Assembly (NCBI RefSeq): GCF_046119375.1
Contig: NW_027362761.1
Coordinates: 425,878,001-425,942,000 of the forward strand
DNA: 64,000 nucleotides
Source: Phyllobates terribilis
Lineage: Eukaryota
Direction of reading: 5' to 3'
Below are positions 21,332-33,362 of this stretch, piece by piece (the stretch's first letter is position 1; every line of letters begins with the position of its first letter). A program made the translations under genes and the position numbers. Below the pieces are notes generated by a model. It was given only the letters and a program-made list of their open reading frames with translations, was not told where the DNA came from and did not search any database.

Positions 21332-22877
21332 CAGTTAGGTCCAGAATAATTTGAACAGTGATCAAATCTTTGTGATATGCCACTATTTTATATTTAAAAT
21401 GAAACAACTAAGATGCAATTGAAGTGTAAATTTTTAGTTTTAATTAAAGAGGTTGAAAAAAATATCCTGTGAAACTTTTGGAATTGCCACCATTTTCTAC
21501 AAAGCCTCGTCATTTCAGGGGCTCAAAGTAATTCTACAAAATAACTTTACCATAAATAAAATGTTCATTTTTAATACTTTGTAGAGGATCATTTGCAGGC
21601 AATGACTGCCTGAAGTCTGGAAGCCATGGAAATCACCAAACGCTGGGTTTCCTCCTTTGTGATGCTTTGCCGGCTTTTACTGCAACTGTTTCAGTTGTTG
21701 CTCGCTTGTGGGTCTTTCTGCCTTTTCTGTTAAGCATGTGAAATACTGCTCGATGGGGTTGAGATCTGGTGACTCGCCCATTGTAGAATATTCCACTTCT
21801 TTGCCCTAAAAATCTCCTTGGTTGCTTTCACAGTATATTTTGGGTCATTATCCATCTGGTCTGTGAAGCGCCATCCAATCACCCTTGCTGCATTTGGTTG
21901 AATCTGAGCAGAAAGTATCGCCCTGTACACTTCAGAATTCATCCAGCTGCTTCTGTCTTCAGTCACATCATCAATAAACACTAGTGACACAGTACCACTG
22001 GAAGCCATGTATGACCATGTCATCACACTGCCTCCACCATGTTTTACACAGTATGTGGTATGCTTTGATTCATGAGCTGTTCCAAGCTTTCTCCATAGTT
22101 TCATCTGTCCAAAGAATGCGTTTCCAGAACTGGTCTGGCTTCTTTAGATGTTTTTGACAAAGTTTAATCTGGCCTTTCTATTTTTAAGGCTGATTAATGT
22201 TTGTTTGCACCTAGTGCTGAACCCTCTGTATTTGCTCTCATGAAGTATTCTCTTTATGGTGGACTTAGATGCTCAAAAATCTGTTGTGAATTCATTTTTC
22301 TTCATCATGGAAAGGATTCTGCGATCATCCACCACTGTTATCTTCCATGGACATCAAGGCCTTTTTGAGTGTAAAGCTCACCAGCGCGCTCTTTTTTTTT
22401 GCAGAATGTACCAAACTGTTGATTTGTCCATTCCTAACATTTCTACTATCTCTCTGGTGGATTTATTTTTTTTTCAGCCTAATGATAGTTTATTCTTCTA
22501 CCATTGAGAGCTTCTTTGACCGCATGTTGTGGGTTCACATCAACAGCATCCAAATGCAAATGTCACATGTAGAATCAACTGCAGACCTTTTTACCTACTT
22601 AATTGATGAATTAATTAGGGAATAGGCCATGCAGCCCATTAAAGGGCTTTTGAGAAAATTGTAAAATTACTTTTGGTCCCTTTAAAAAGAGACACCTACA
22701 TATTCAAGAGTTGTAATTAATAAACCTGTATTCCAATTAGGATGTGAATACTCTCAAATTAAAGCTGAGAGTCTGCACTTTAAGCCCATATTGATTATAT
22801 AACTACCTTGAATATTTTTTGGTAAGCAGCTAAAATACCAAAACTTCTCACTGTCCAAAAATGTATGGACCTAATTG
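21332..22877 (-). mobile_element. Full-length Tc1 element, short TIRs, defective
   Basis: TA flanks; ~28-bp TIRs CAGTTAGGTCCA...ACAGTG; VKHGGGSVM and MDNDPK motifs. Confidence 0.9.
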
Positions 22878-24119
22878 TATGCATGTTATTTCAGTGTGTA
22901 TAGCAGTTTCAGAAAAACTCATTTAGAGTTGAAATGCTGCTGTTTTTTTGCGAAGAAAAAAAAAGGATTTACCGACCAACTGGAGTGCTGCGATGTACGC
23001 TTTTTCTATACATGAGTTTGGGGCTTATGGTTCTGAGCGGACATTGCGTGCACTCAGCATTTTGGATCTTTAACTGCTTGGCTTCTGTTTATATGGGATT
23101 ACGTAGTGCTGCTTCTTTAAATTTGTTTACAGCATACAGATATAGTTATTGTTACAAATGGTGCAAAATCAGAGAAGCTGCATTAAAGGTGTGAGTTTGC
23201 CTGTAATGTTAACTTAAGCCCATGGTTGGCAAAGTAAGTGAACATAGGGAAAACCTTGCTGTAATAAATATTCCGGACAGCTTTTGGCAGAGGGATCATC
23301 ACCTCAACAGGCAGTATCTCAGTCAATGTAGGGTCCAAGAGCTATGAACTCTGTCTTATTTTGAAGCCAAGAGTGCAATTAAATTAGTACTAAGAGTATA
23401 ATTGTAGTCCTGATCTTGGCTGAGATATCAGCCACGAAGTCCATTCCGGGATAGAGAGTTCTGCACTTGTGCCTGCAGCTTTCTTTCACCATTATACTTA
23501 CAAGGCTGTTATCTCAGCCAATCTCGTGACTCTCTGGGACTCATGACTTCAAAACAGGACCAAAGTCACAGCTCTAGACCCAATACCGATGCCGAGGTTT
23601 AAACTTTGTGCCAGTGATATTATCTTGCATGTGTGGCCTCTATCTATAAAATGTTCTTGCTAGTGTTTTGACACTACTGTGATACTGCCCCTCTAGCCCG
23701 GTCAAACAGAGACTCAAAAACTAAGGCCACATTCACCTTCACATTTTTTTTTGTCTTTTCACAGGAAAAACAAATCAAAACCAGATGAAGGTTTCTATAG
23801 TTTTTACTAGCAATACTCCATGAAAAATACATAGCTTATGGATGCAACTTGGATGGCATCTGTGTGCAGTTTTTTTTCAGAGGACCCATTCACTTGAATG
23901 GGGTGAGTTTGGTCTGCTAATCAGACCAAAGAAGGACATCTACCCTTTATGTGGACCATAAGCCACCCCCCCAGGATGAATAATCTTATAGATTATAAAG
24001 CATCTGTAATCGATTATTAAAAAACACTAACAGCACACTGTGAAGGAAATATATAATTGTAAGGGAAACTATAATATCAGTAAAATAACTAGTTAAGGCT
24101 GCATCCTACTGATTGTATA

Positions 24120-25403
24120 CAGGGCCGCCATCAGGGCATTACTGCCCTTCCTGCGGGGCCCGGTGAGCAGCAGTACAGAGGGGGCCCCCCTCTTGTGCTT
24201 CTGCTCACTGGGCCCCACGAGGGAACAAAGTGCTGAGCACCGGGTCGCCGCCTTCGGCAGCGCACACCTCGGCTCTAAGTGCTTTACCAGCGCTCTGCAG
24301 CCACGCAGCTCCCTCATACTTCTCTGGACTTCTGGTCAGGTGACAGCGCGTATGTGCCGTCACCTGACTAGAAGTCAGGAAAAGTATGAAGGAGCTGGAG
24401 CTGCACGGCTGCGGAGCTCCAGGAAAGCATTTAGCGCCGTTGCCAGGCCAGGACACCACAAGCTGAGCTGCGCCTGCAGGTGATCGTAAGTGAGGTAAGT
24501 ATGATCAAACTTTTTTTTTTTCCTTTTTTTCTTTCTAAAATTAATTAAATGGGTGAGGGAGGGAGACTGCAAGTGAATGAATGAGGGGAGTAGGCTGCAA
24601 ATGATGGAGTGAGGGAAGGAGACTGCAAATGATGGAGTGAAGGGAGGCTGTAAATTATGGAGTGAGGGGGGCTGTAAGTGATGGAGTGAGGGCAGGGGGC
24701 TGAAAATTATGGAGTGGGGGGCTGCAAATGATGGGGGAAGGGAGATGCAAATGATGGAGTGAGGGGGGACAAGGAACTGGAAATGATGGAGTGAGGGGGG
24801 GAATGAGGGACTGCAAATGATGGAGTAAGGGGGAGCATCAAATGATGGAGTGAGGGGGCTGAAAATGATGGAGTAGGGGGGAATGAGGAACTGCAAATGA
24901 TGGCGTGAGGGGGAGGGTGACTGCAAATGATGAAGTGAGAGGGGGAGGGTAACTGCAAATGATGAAGTGAGAGGGGGAGGGTAACTGCAAATGATGAAGT
25001 ACAGAATGTGGGCATTGAGGTTGCAGGAGTGTGACTGATTGAATTGGCAGAAAGAGTATGGATGCTAACTAATTTATATATTAGGTGGGGAAACTGGCTA
25101 TTTATAGTTAGTGGGGGCACAGTGGTGGATTACAATTTATATTTGGAATGGTGGGTTGCATAATAACTAATGATATTATAATTGTGGGTGCACGTCTGTA
25201 TTCAGCTGAGTAGAAGGGGAAATAGTGGGGAATGTGCTCTAGATAACGGTGTTATTTTATGCAGAGAAGAGTCCTGGCTGGAAGACTTGATGGCGGTTTG
25301 CACTGGATGAAAAAGAAAAGCGAAGATGAAGGACTTCTACTAGAGTCACTGGTGAGTCAGTGTTACCTGTAGACTTACACTATATATAGAGCTCCCGTGT
25401 ATA
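24120..25403. mobile_element. Probable non-autonomous hAT (CAGGG terminus) containing a G-rich minisatellite
   Basis: CAGGGCCGCCATCAGGG start; other end not identified. Confidence 0.4.
24550..25000 (+). repeat. G-rich minisatellite, irregular ~20-30-bp units (CTGCAAATGATGGAGTGAGGGG)
   Basis: More than 15 recurrences of the ATGATGGAGTGAG core. Confidence 0.9.
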
Positions 25404-27073
25404 CAACCCCTGGCAAAAATTATGGAATCACCGGGCTCGGAGGATGTTCATTCAGTTATTTAATGTTGAAAAAAGCAGATCACAGACATGGCACAAAACT
25501 AAAGTAATTTCAAATGGCAACTTTATGGCTTTAAGAAACACAAAGAAATCAAGATAAAAAATGTGGTACTCAGTAAGGGTAATTTTTTTCAGACCAAGCA
25601 GAGGGAAAAAATTATGGAATCAAATGGAATCATGAAAAACAAACACACAAAAGAACACTCCAATACATCACTAGTATTTTGTTGCACCACCTCTGGCTTT
25701 AATAACAGCTTGCAGTCTCTGAGGCATGGACTTAATGAGTGACAAACAGTACTCTTCATCAATCTGGCTCCAACTTTCTCTGATTGCTGTTGCCAGATCA
25801 GCTTTGCAGGTTAGAGCCTGGTCATGGACTATTTTCTTCAACTTCCACCAAAGATTTTCAATTGGATTGAGATTCGGACTGTTTGCAGGCCATGACATTG
25901 ACCTTATGTGTCTTCTTTCAAGGAATGTTTTCACAGTTTTTGCTCTATGGCAGGATGCATTATCATCTTGAAAAATGATGTCATCATCCCCAAACATCCT
26001 TTCAATTGATGGGATAAGAAAACTGTCCAAAATATCAATGTAAACTTGGGTATTTATTAAAGATGTAATGACAGCCATCTCCCCAGTGCCTTTACCTGAC
26101 ATGCAACCCCATATCATCAATGACTGTAGAAATTTGCATGTTCTCTTCATACAGTCATCTTTATAAATCTCATTGGAATGGCACCAAACAAAAGTTCCAG
26201 CATCATCACCTTGCCCAATGCAGATTCGCAATTCATCACTGAATATGACTTTCATCCAGTCATCCACAGTCCACGATTGCGTTTCCTTAGCCCATTGTAA
26301 CCTTGTTTTTTTTCGTTTAGGTGTTAATAATGGCTTTTGTTTAGCTTTTCTGTATGTACATCCCATTTCCTTTAGGCGGTTTCTTACAGTTCGGTCACAG
26401 ACATTGACTCCAGTTTCCTCCCATTCGTTCCTCATTAGTTTTGTTGTGCATTTCCAGTTTTGGAGACATATTGCTTTAAGTTTCCGGTCTTGATGCTTTG
26501 ATGTCATCCTTGGTCTACCAGTATGTTTGCCTTTAACAACCTTCCCATGTTGTTTGTATTTGGTCCAGATTTTAGACACAGCTGACTGTTAACAACCAAC
26601 ATCTTTTGCAACATTGCGTGATGATTTACCTTCTTTTAAGAGTTTGATAATCCTCTCCTTTGTTTCAATTGACATCTCTCGATTTGGAGCCATGATTCAG
26701 GTCAGTGCACTTGGTGCAACAGCTCTCCTTGGTGTGATCACTCCTTTTTAGATGATGCAGACTAACGAGCAGATCTAATTTGATGCAGGTGTTAGTTTTG
26801 GAAATGAAAATTTACAGGGTGATTCCATAATTTTTTCCTCAGAATTGAGTGATTCCATAATTTTTTCCCTCTGCTTGGTCTGAAAAAATTACCCTTACAG
26901 AGTACCACATTTTTTATCTTGATTTCTTTTAGCGTTTTTTAAAGCCCTAAAGTTGCCATTTAAAATGACTTTAGTTTTGTGCCATGTCTGTGATCTGCTT
27001 TTTTTCAACAATATTAAACAACTGAATGAACATCTTCCAAGCCCAGTGATTCCATAATTTTTGCCAGGGGTTG
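25404..27073 (-). mobile_element. Near-intact Tc1 (DD34E) with long IR/DR-type TIRs
   Basis: TIR CAACCCCTGGCAAAAATTATGGAATCAC with internal TTATGGAATCA direct repeats; left flank TA, right flank CA; 1670 bp. Confidence 0.95.
25671..26693 (-). pseudogene. Tc1 transposase, 340 codons, single in-frame TAA at codon 35 (26589-26591)
   Basis: MAPNREMSIETKERIIKLLKEGKSSRNVAKDVGC*QSAVSKIW...GRPR...IFSDE...QDDN(34 aa)IENLW...ARGGATKY. Confidence 0.93.
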
Positions 27074-27792
27074 CAATGTCACTGGTGATCCCTGTATTAC
27101 CTGTAAACTGACACTATAGACTATATACTATGTACAGAGCTCCTGTGTATAATATCACTGGCGTTCACGGTATTACCTGTACACTATACACAGAGCTCCT
27201 GTGTATAATATCACTAGTGTTCACGGTATTACCTGTACACTATACACAGAGCTCCTGTGTATAATATCACTAGTGTTCACGGTATTACCTGTACACTATA
27301 CACAGAGCTCCTGTGTATAATATCACTAGTGTTCACGGTATTACCTGTACACTATACACAGAGCTCCTGTGTATAATATCACTAGTGTTCACGGTATTAC
27401 CTGTACACTATACACAGAGCTCCTGTGTATAATATCACTAGTGTTCACGGTATTACCTGTACACTATACACAGAGCTCCTGTGTATAATATCACTAGTGT
27501 TCACGGTATTACCTGTACACTATACACAGAGCTCCTGTGTATAATATCACTAGTGTTCACGGTATTACCTGTACACTTTACACAGAGCTCCTGTGTATAA
27601 TATCACTAGTGTTCACGGTATTACCTGTACACTATACACAGAGCTCCTGTGCATATCACTAGTGTTCACGGTATTACCTGTACACTATACACAGAGCTCC
27701 TGTGCATAATATCACTTGTGTTCACGGTATTACCTGTACACTATACACAGAGCTCCTGTGCATAATATCACTAGTGTTCATGGTATTACCTG
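27074..27792 (+). repeat. 56-bp minisatellite, ~12 copies
   Basis: CAGAGCTCC every 56 bp from 27135 to 27748 (one 53-bp unit); a degenerate unit lies left of the Tc1 at 25345-25403. Confidence 0.96.
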
Positions 27793-28109
27793 TAGTGTTG
27801 AGCCACCCCCATAGTGTTCGGGTTTGGTTCGTCGAACACAGGTATATTCGCCGAACTCTTCATCTAATGATTCGTCGAACACCGTTAAAACCAATGGCAG
27901 GTAAACAAAAATACATAGAAAACACATAGAAAGCACCTTCAAAAGGTGTCCAAAAGCTGAGAAACTGCTCAGAAGACACAACTAACACATGGAAAAGTGA
28001 CAAGTACATATAGTCATTCGAAAAGAAAAGAGGTGGGAGGAGTAAAAGGAGGAGGAGACACAGATATAGGCATGTGATGCCCTTCTAAAATCAAGAAAGG
28101 CTGCAGTAA

Positions 28110-28640
28110 AAATCTAAAATCAGCCTACCAACACCCAGACGTCGTGACAAGAAAATTAAAAAAAATAAATATCTTTAGGTAGAGTGGCGGTTCCATTCAG
28201 AACACTTTCCTTACAAGACATAGTGGTATCCCCGTTGGGAGTCGTGCCAAAAACGTAACCCAATACATTCTGACTAATCCACCATTTGTCATATCCAAGG
28301 GACAGGTCAGTAAACGACAACATAGACGTGGAACCAAGTACAGTAGTATATACTGTATATCCTTTGACAAGGCAATCAGGCGGCTCAAGAAGTTGGGAAG
28401 GGGCACACTAATGGGCAAAACAAACATTGAGTGGGTGTTCCGGTTACTTACTACCTGTGCCTCCGAATAGTGTCCGCCTATTGGGCTGCTTCTGGGAAGG
28501 AGCATAGATCCTGCTCACTATTTGAGGCGTTTAGTTGCTTCCTCGAATGGGTCGTCATGGACGTTTCTAAGGGGGCACATATCAATTACCTTGACGACTT
28601 CTTATGCCTGGGCCCAAAAGATTCACCACAATGTGAATAC
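28110..28640 (+). mobile_element. DIRS/Ngaro-type (tyrosine-recombinase retrotransposon) RT fragment inside the hAT 3' arm
   Basis: NLKSAYQHPDVV, LGRVAVPF, VVSPLGVVPK, LIHHLSYP..SVND, FDKAIRRLKKLGRGTLMGK and INYLDDFL, with frameshifts. Confidence 0.8.
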
Positions 28641-29018
28641 ATGTGGTAGTCCACCTGTGAGAAGGAGAGAGCTGGAGGGACAGCGGACACCACAGAGCCG
28701 AGGGGTTAGATGGAGAACGAAAGAAGGAAAGAGGGCGAGGGAGGTAAGGGAGTACGGTGGAAGGCCGACCTGAGCTCCCCCACGTCCCTGCTGGACGGGG
28801 AACAGCCCTGGGAAGAAAAGCCGCTTGCGCATTCCTTTGAGGTTACGGGCGCGAGCGGGCAGAGGGACTACGCTGGAGTACGAAGCAGACACGGCCAGGC
28901 CGTTCCTGCCCGTGCGACCTCTGCGTCGCCGGGTTTGTGCCAGAGCCGCGGTGGACTCTGACGGCCAGCCCCCCTCTCCAAATACTGGTGCCTGTCCGCT
29001 GGTGGGTCGAAATGAGTA

Positions 29019-29288
29019 TTGAATGAGTACACTTTAAATCCTTTTACAAGGATCTATTGGAGGGCAAGTCTGGTGCCAGCAGCCGTGGTAATTCCAGATC
29101 CAGTAGCGTCCACTAAAGCTGCTACAGTTAAAAAGCTTTTATAAGGATCGAGCTTGGCGGTCCGCCACAAGGCATGCTACCACCAGTCCCAGCCCCCTTG
29201 CCTTGGGGCGCCTCCCCGATGCTCTTCACTGAGTGTCCCGGGGGCCCGAAGCGTTTCCTTTGGAAAAATTAAGTGTCCAAACCACAGG
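29019..29288 (+). pseudogene. 18S rRNA-derived fragment in hAT copy 2
   Basis: GAATGAGTACACTTTAAATCC...GGAGGGCAAGTCTGGTGCCAGCAGCCGTGGTAATTCCAG...GATGCTCTTCACTGAGTGTCCCGGGGGCCCGAAGCGTTT. Confidence 0.93.
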
Positions 29289-29681
29289 TGGTGTAGCTTG
29301 CTTAACAGCTGGGCTACTCCACTGACTAGCAGACACTGCTACTAGGCCCAAAGTATTGGCTGGGCTAGATGCAGTTAAAAATTATTATTAGATACACATG
29401 CGGTGTAGCTTGCTTCACAGCTGGGCTATTACGCTGACTAGCAGACACTGAAGCTTTGGAGCAGACCTCTGATTCCCAGGCTATAGTATGAGTAAACATC
29501 TCTTCAGACTCAACCATCTGTGTTACCCCAAGGCATAGTCATGTAAAACACAGCAAGGGGACTCCAAAAACAGTCTCCATTTTTTCCAAAAATTGTGGCA
29601 CAGACACCACTTAAGTGGCATCAATTGCCCCAGAGTTGCTTAAAATGGTTGGTAAGGTGATTTTCCAAAATCCTCAAGCTT

Positions 29682-30917
29682 TTAATCTCCCCAGGATGAC
29701 ACAGGGGTAGAAAAGTCCTTGCGGATCCATGATTTGTTCATCTTTATGAACGCGAGTCTGTCTACATTGTCAGTGGACAGCCGCGTGCGCTTATCTGTCA
29801 ACACACCACCAGCAGCGCTGAACACATGTTCAGAGAGAACGCTGGCTGCGGGGCACGACAAGATCTCCAAGGCGTGAGTGGTGAGCTCAGGCCATTTTTC
29901 CAGATTGGAAGCCCAAAATGAGCAAGGGTCCAGTGACACAGTCATGGCTTCGATGTTCACTTGGAGATACTCCTGTACCATCCTCTCTAGGCATTGACTA
30001 TGTGTCAGACTTCTTGTCTCCTGTGGCCTTGCAAAGGATGGTCTGAAAAATTGGTGAAACAATTCCACAAAATTGCTGTTACCAGCAGATACGGTGTTAT
30101 TGTTACGGTTTGAGTGATGAAGACTCGACAGTCCCACGGTTGGCAAGTTAGAACTGTGAGATTCACTACATGCACCACTGGTGTTTTGTGGAAAAGCACA
30201 TGTAAGATTTTGTAACAGCCTCTGCTGATACTCCTGCATGCGTGAATCCCTTTCTATGGCAGGAATTATTTCAGCAAATTTACTTTTGTACCGGGGATCT
30301 AAGAGTGTGGCAACCCAGTAGTCGGGATTACTTCGAATTCTGACAATCCGAGGGTCATGTTGCAGGTAGTGCAGCAAGAAGGCACTCATGTGTCTTGCGC
30401 ATCCAGGAGGACTAAGTCCTTGTTGTGTTGGTGGCGAGGTAAGAATCATGCTTCCTTCCTCTGCCCTCTCCCCCCAACCTCGCACAACAGAAATGTGATC
30501 AAGGTCTCCCTCATCTGATGAGTCTTCCATGCCCATCGCCAGTTCGTCCTCCACTTCTTCCTCGGCTCCTGCACCTTCCTCAACAGTTTGGCTGCTACCA
30601 TGCGCCCTGGTTAATCCCTCTCCCCCACCCTCCCATGCCTGCCGCCTTGGTGCTGCCGACCGTCTGGACCTTGGAGACGTTATCCCTTCCGCACACGACT
30701 CCTTCTGTACTTCCTCCCCCTCCTCTTGTCCCACCACCTGACTCCGAATTCTGTTTAAAGTGTGCTCCAGCATGTAAATCACCGGAATAGTTATGCCGAT
30801 AATGGCATCGTCAGCACTAAACATCTTCATTGCCATTTCAAAACTGTGCAGAAGGGTGCATAGGTCCCTGATCTGAGACCACTCCTGCAGCGTGATTTGC
30901 TCCACCTCTGGATCTCG
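29682..30917 (-). pseudogene. hAT transposase C-terminal fragment (~410 aa, open)
   Basis: Closely similar to residues ~825-1233 of the 6915-10616 protein, including ATLLDPRYK and SE.VFS. Confidence 0.93.
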
Positions 30918-31136
30918 CTACTATTGTTACTGTGCTTATATAGGGTATAGCATCTGCTCGTCCCTCACATTTGAGGCACATTGATTTTATTGTTGTAATT
31001 TTTAAAATTCTACTAAAATGATATTTGTCGATAACTATTGAAGTGTCCCTGTTGTGATCACCCACCATGGCTCTGGATATAGGGGTATCATTCTTTTAAT
31101 ACAATTTTTTATAGGCTCGTGTGAACCTACCCTTAC

Positions 31137-31450
31137 AGCGAACACTCCCTAAAAACAAATCCCTGTTCCTGCACGTGCACACTGACATTGGAGGAGCAGA
31201 GCGGAACGCTAACAGACAGATGCACGTTCAGTGAGAGTGCGGATACATTTTGATCTCTGGTTCTTCTCTGAAACAGCTGGTACGCTACACTTCTGGGTAT
31301 AGTGAGCAGAGGCCACAAAGTGGTCAAACATGAAATCAGGGCACGCCCGAACCCACATTGAGTGCAAGCCTACCCTGATACCATGACCGCACCACTAGGA
31401 GCCTCAACTGTTACTGTGCACACGCAAGAACAGGGATTTGAGTTTAGGGA
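31137..31450. mobile_element. MITE-like element with ~45-bp terminal inverted repeats
   Basis: CTCCCTAAAAACAAATCCCTGTTC...GTGCACA versus TGTGCAC...GAACAGGGATTTGAGTTTAGGGAG. Confidence 0.55.
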
Positions 31451-32452
31451 GCACTCACTGTGAGACAGCCAGTGTTATCAATGAAGATCAGAGACTTTGC
31501 TGGATATGCAAATCCAATGTTTAAGAGTGCACCACCGAGCCATTGTCCAAACCAAGGGTTCACCGAAAAGCCCTCAATTGCATATGGAATAAAAGTGAAT
31601 TTATATGTAACTACAACACTAACATGGATATTACTTGCATGATTTTTATAGTGGCTAAGACCCTTATATAAACATATATGTAGCTGAATTTGAATCTTGG
31701 GGGAATCAGATTCCATTTAAAGTCCAGTTGCAGGCATATCAATCGGATACAGAGGTCTTCAGAAGGCTCCTGGCTGCCATGACAGCCCATCAGCAAAGAT
31801 CCTTAACCATTTTTCCAAGCACGTACTGGTTGGCATACAGAAGTCAAAAAGGATAGAAGAAAAGATAAGATGACGGATAATTTGTGTTTCTCACACTGGT
31901 GGTGGTCAGGTTAAACCTTTCAGTCAGAATTGAAAAATGGATTCCTGCACCAGATAATGACCGACATATGTGGTTTCCAAAAGTCCGGCACCATACAAAA
32001 GGAGGTACAGGTAATGTTGGGTGAGAGAGTGAATGAATGAATGAATAATCTATTTTAAATTAAATTCATAAATGTCCTATTTGCCATCTCACACTAAACA
32101 TTTGTATGTTACTTACCATGTCTAACTGTGAAGCTTTCCATTTAGCCATTTGCTTGGAATCTGCTATGAAAATCTAGCAGGGTTTGAGATCTATACATTT
32201 TCAGAATATGCCTTACTTGCAGCAGCCAAAGTAATCTCAATAACAGGACATATTATTTATTTTCTTGTCACAGTCCTGAGATGACATTTCTCTACAAAAA
32301 CAATTATACACGGGGGATGTAGCAGAGTTAAGTGCTTTGACAGTTACAAAAGTACCTTACCGGACGTGGCACTGCCAGATTTATTCCTTCTGCTGAGATT
32401 TGTTACATGTCGTCTAAAATGCTGTTATTGGCTCTATTGCATCAGACCTTAA

Positions 32453-33115
32453 AAAGAAACCCATCACCAGGATTTACCATATAAAGTAGGGCCAGCACCT
32501 GTACGCCCTCATATACAGCATTCTAGAATGCTGAATACAAGTGCCCAATGTGCACGGCGTAACACAAAAAAGACCTTTGACTATACTCGCCTATGGGGCG
32601 GTCCGGTCCTAATCCGGCGCTTCCTCTCTTCTTTCGATCAGTCCTCCTTCTTGCTTCGTGTGGATAAGGCATCCTACATCATCCACAGTGTCCTCCATCA
32701 CTCTCCTGCGCAGACGTACTTCTCTCGGTCCTGACGAAGGTAGATCAAAGTACTGTAGTGCGCATGCGCGGGGCAAGGACAAAGAGCACTGGCGCAGGCG
32801 CACTACAATTCTGGCAGAGCAGAAACATGTACGCCAGCGCATCAGTGTGATGGAGGACACTGTGTGGATGACAAAGCAAGTAGCACACGAAGCAAGAAGG
32901 AGGACGGTGATTGCAAGAAGGGAGGAGATGACATATCTAAATCAGCAACACCAATCAGACCGGACCAGACCGTGCGTAGGGGAGTATAACAATAGCTGTT
33001 TTTTGTGTTATGCAGAGCGCATTGGGACATACATACAGCATTCTATAATGCTGTGTATGAGGGCGTTCAGGTGCTGGCCCTACTTTATATGGGAAAAACC
33101 TGGTGACAGGTCCCT
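32453..33115. mobile_element. Kolobok/T2-type MITE, largely palindromic
   Basis: TTAA flanks; ends AAAGAAACCCATCACCAGG / CCTGGTGACAGGTCCCT; long internal arms. Confidence 0.8.
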
Positions 33116-33362
33116 TTAAACAGCTACTTTATTACAAACAGATTGGCAAAGATTTTTAACTTACTTCCAAATTTTTGCAAGGATGAACGAAAGCAACAAG
33201 GAATCCATAGCATCACGCTACATAAAATTGTGCCATTTGCATGACCATTCTAGAAGTTTTACTATGGGTGAAAGTCACAAATGACCATCTTTCCAACCAG
33301 GTTAGCTGTGATGACCGCAAGATCAGTGGTGATCTTTTTTTTTTTGGACAAAGAAACATTAA

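Larger units (their letters stand above)
27793..30917 (-). mobile_element. Second copy of the large hAT family, 5'-truncated
   Basis: 3' TIR TAGTGTTGAGCC at 27793; 3' arm collinear with 14210-15082; transposase C-terminal fragment; homology stops at 30917. Confidence 0.93.

Noticed and set aside
29019-29288. Functional 18S rRNA gene
   Set aside because: Only ~270 bp, substitutions in universally conserved positions, no flanking rDNA, and embedded in a transposon arm.
32528-33119. 153-aa and other ORFs in palindromic MITEs
   Set aside because: They lie within non-autonomous repeat arms and show no recognisable domain.
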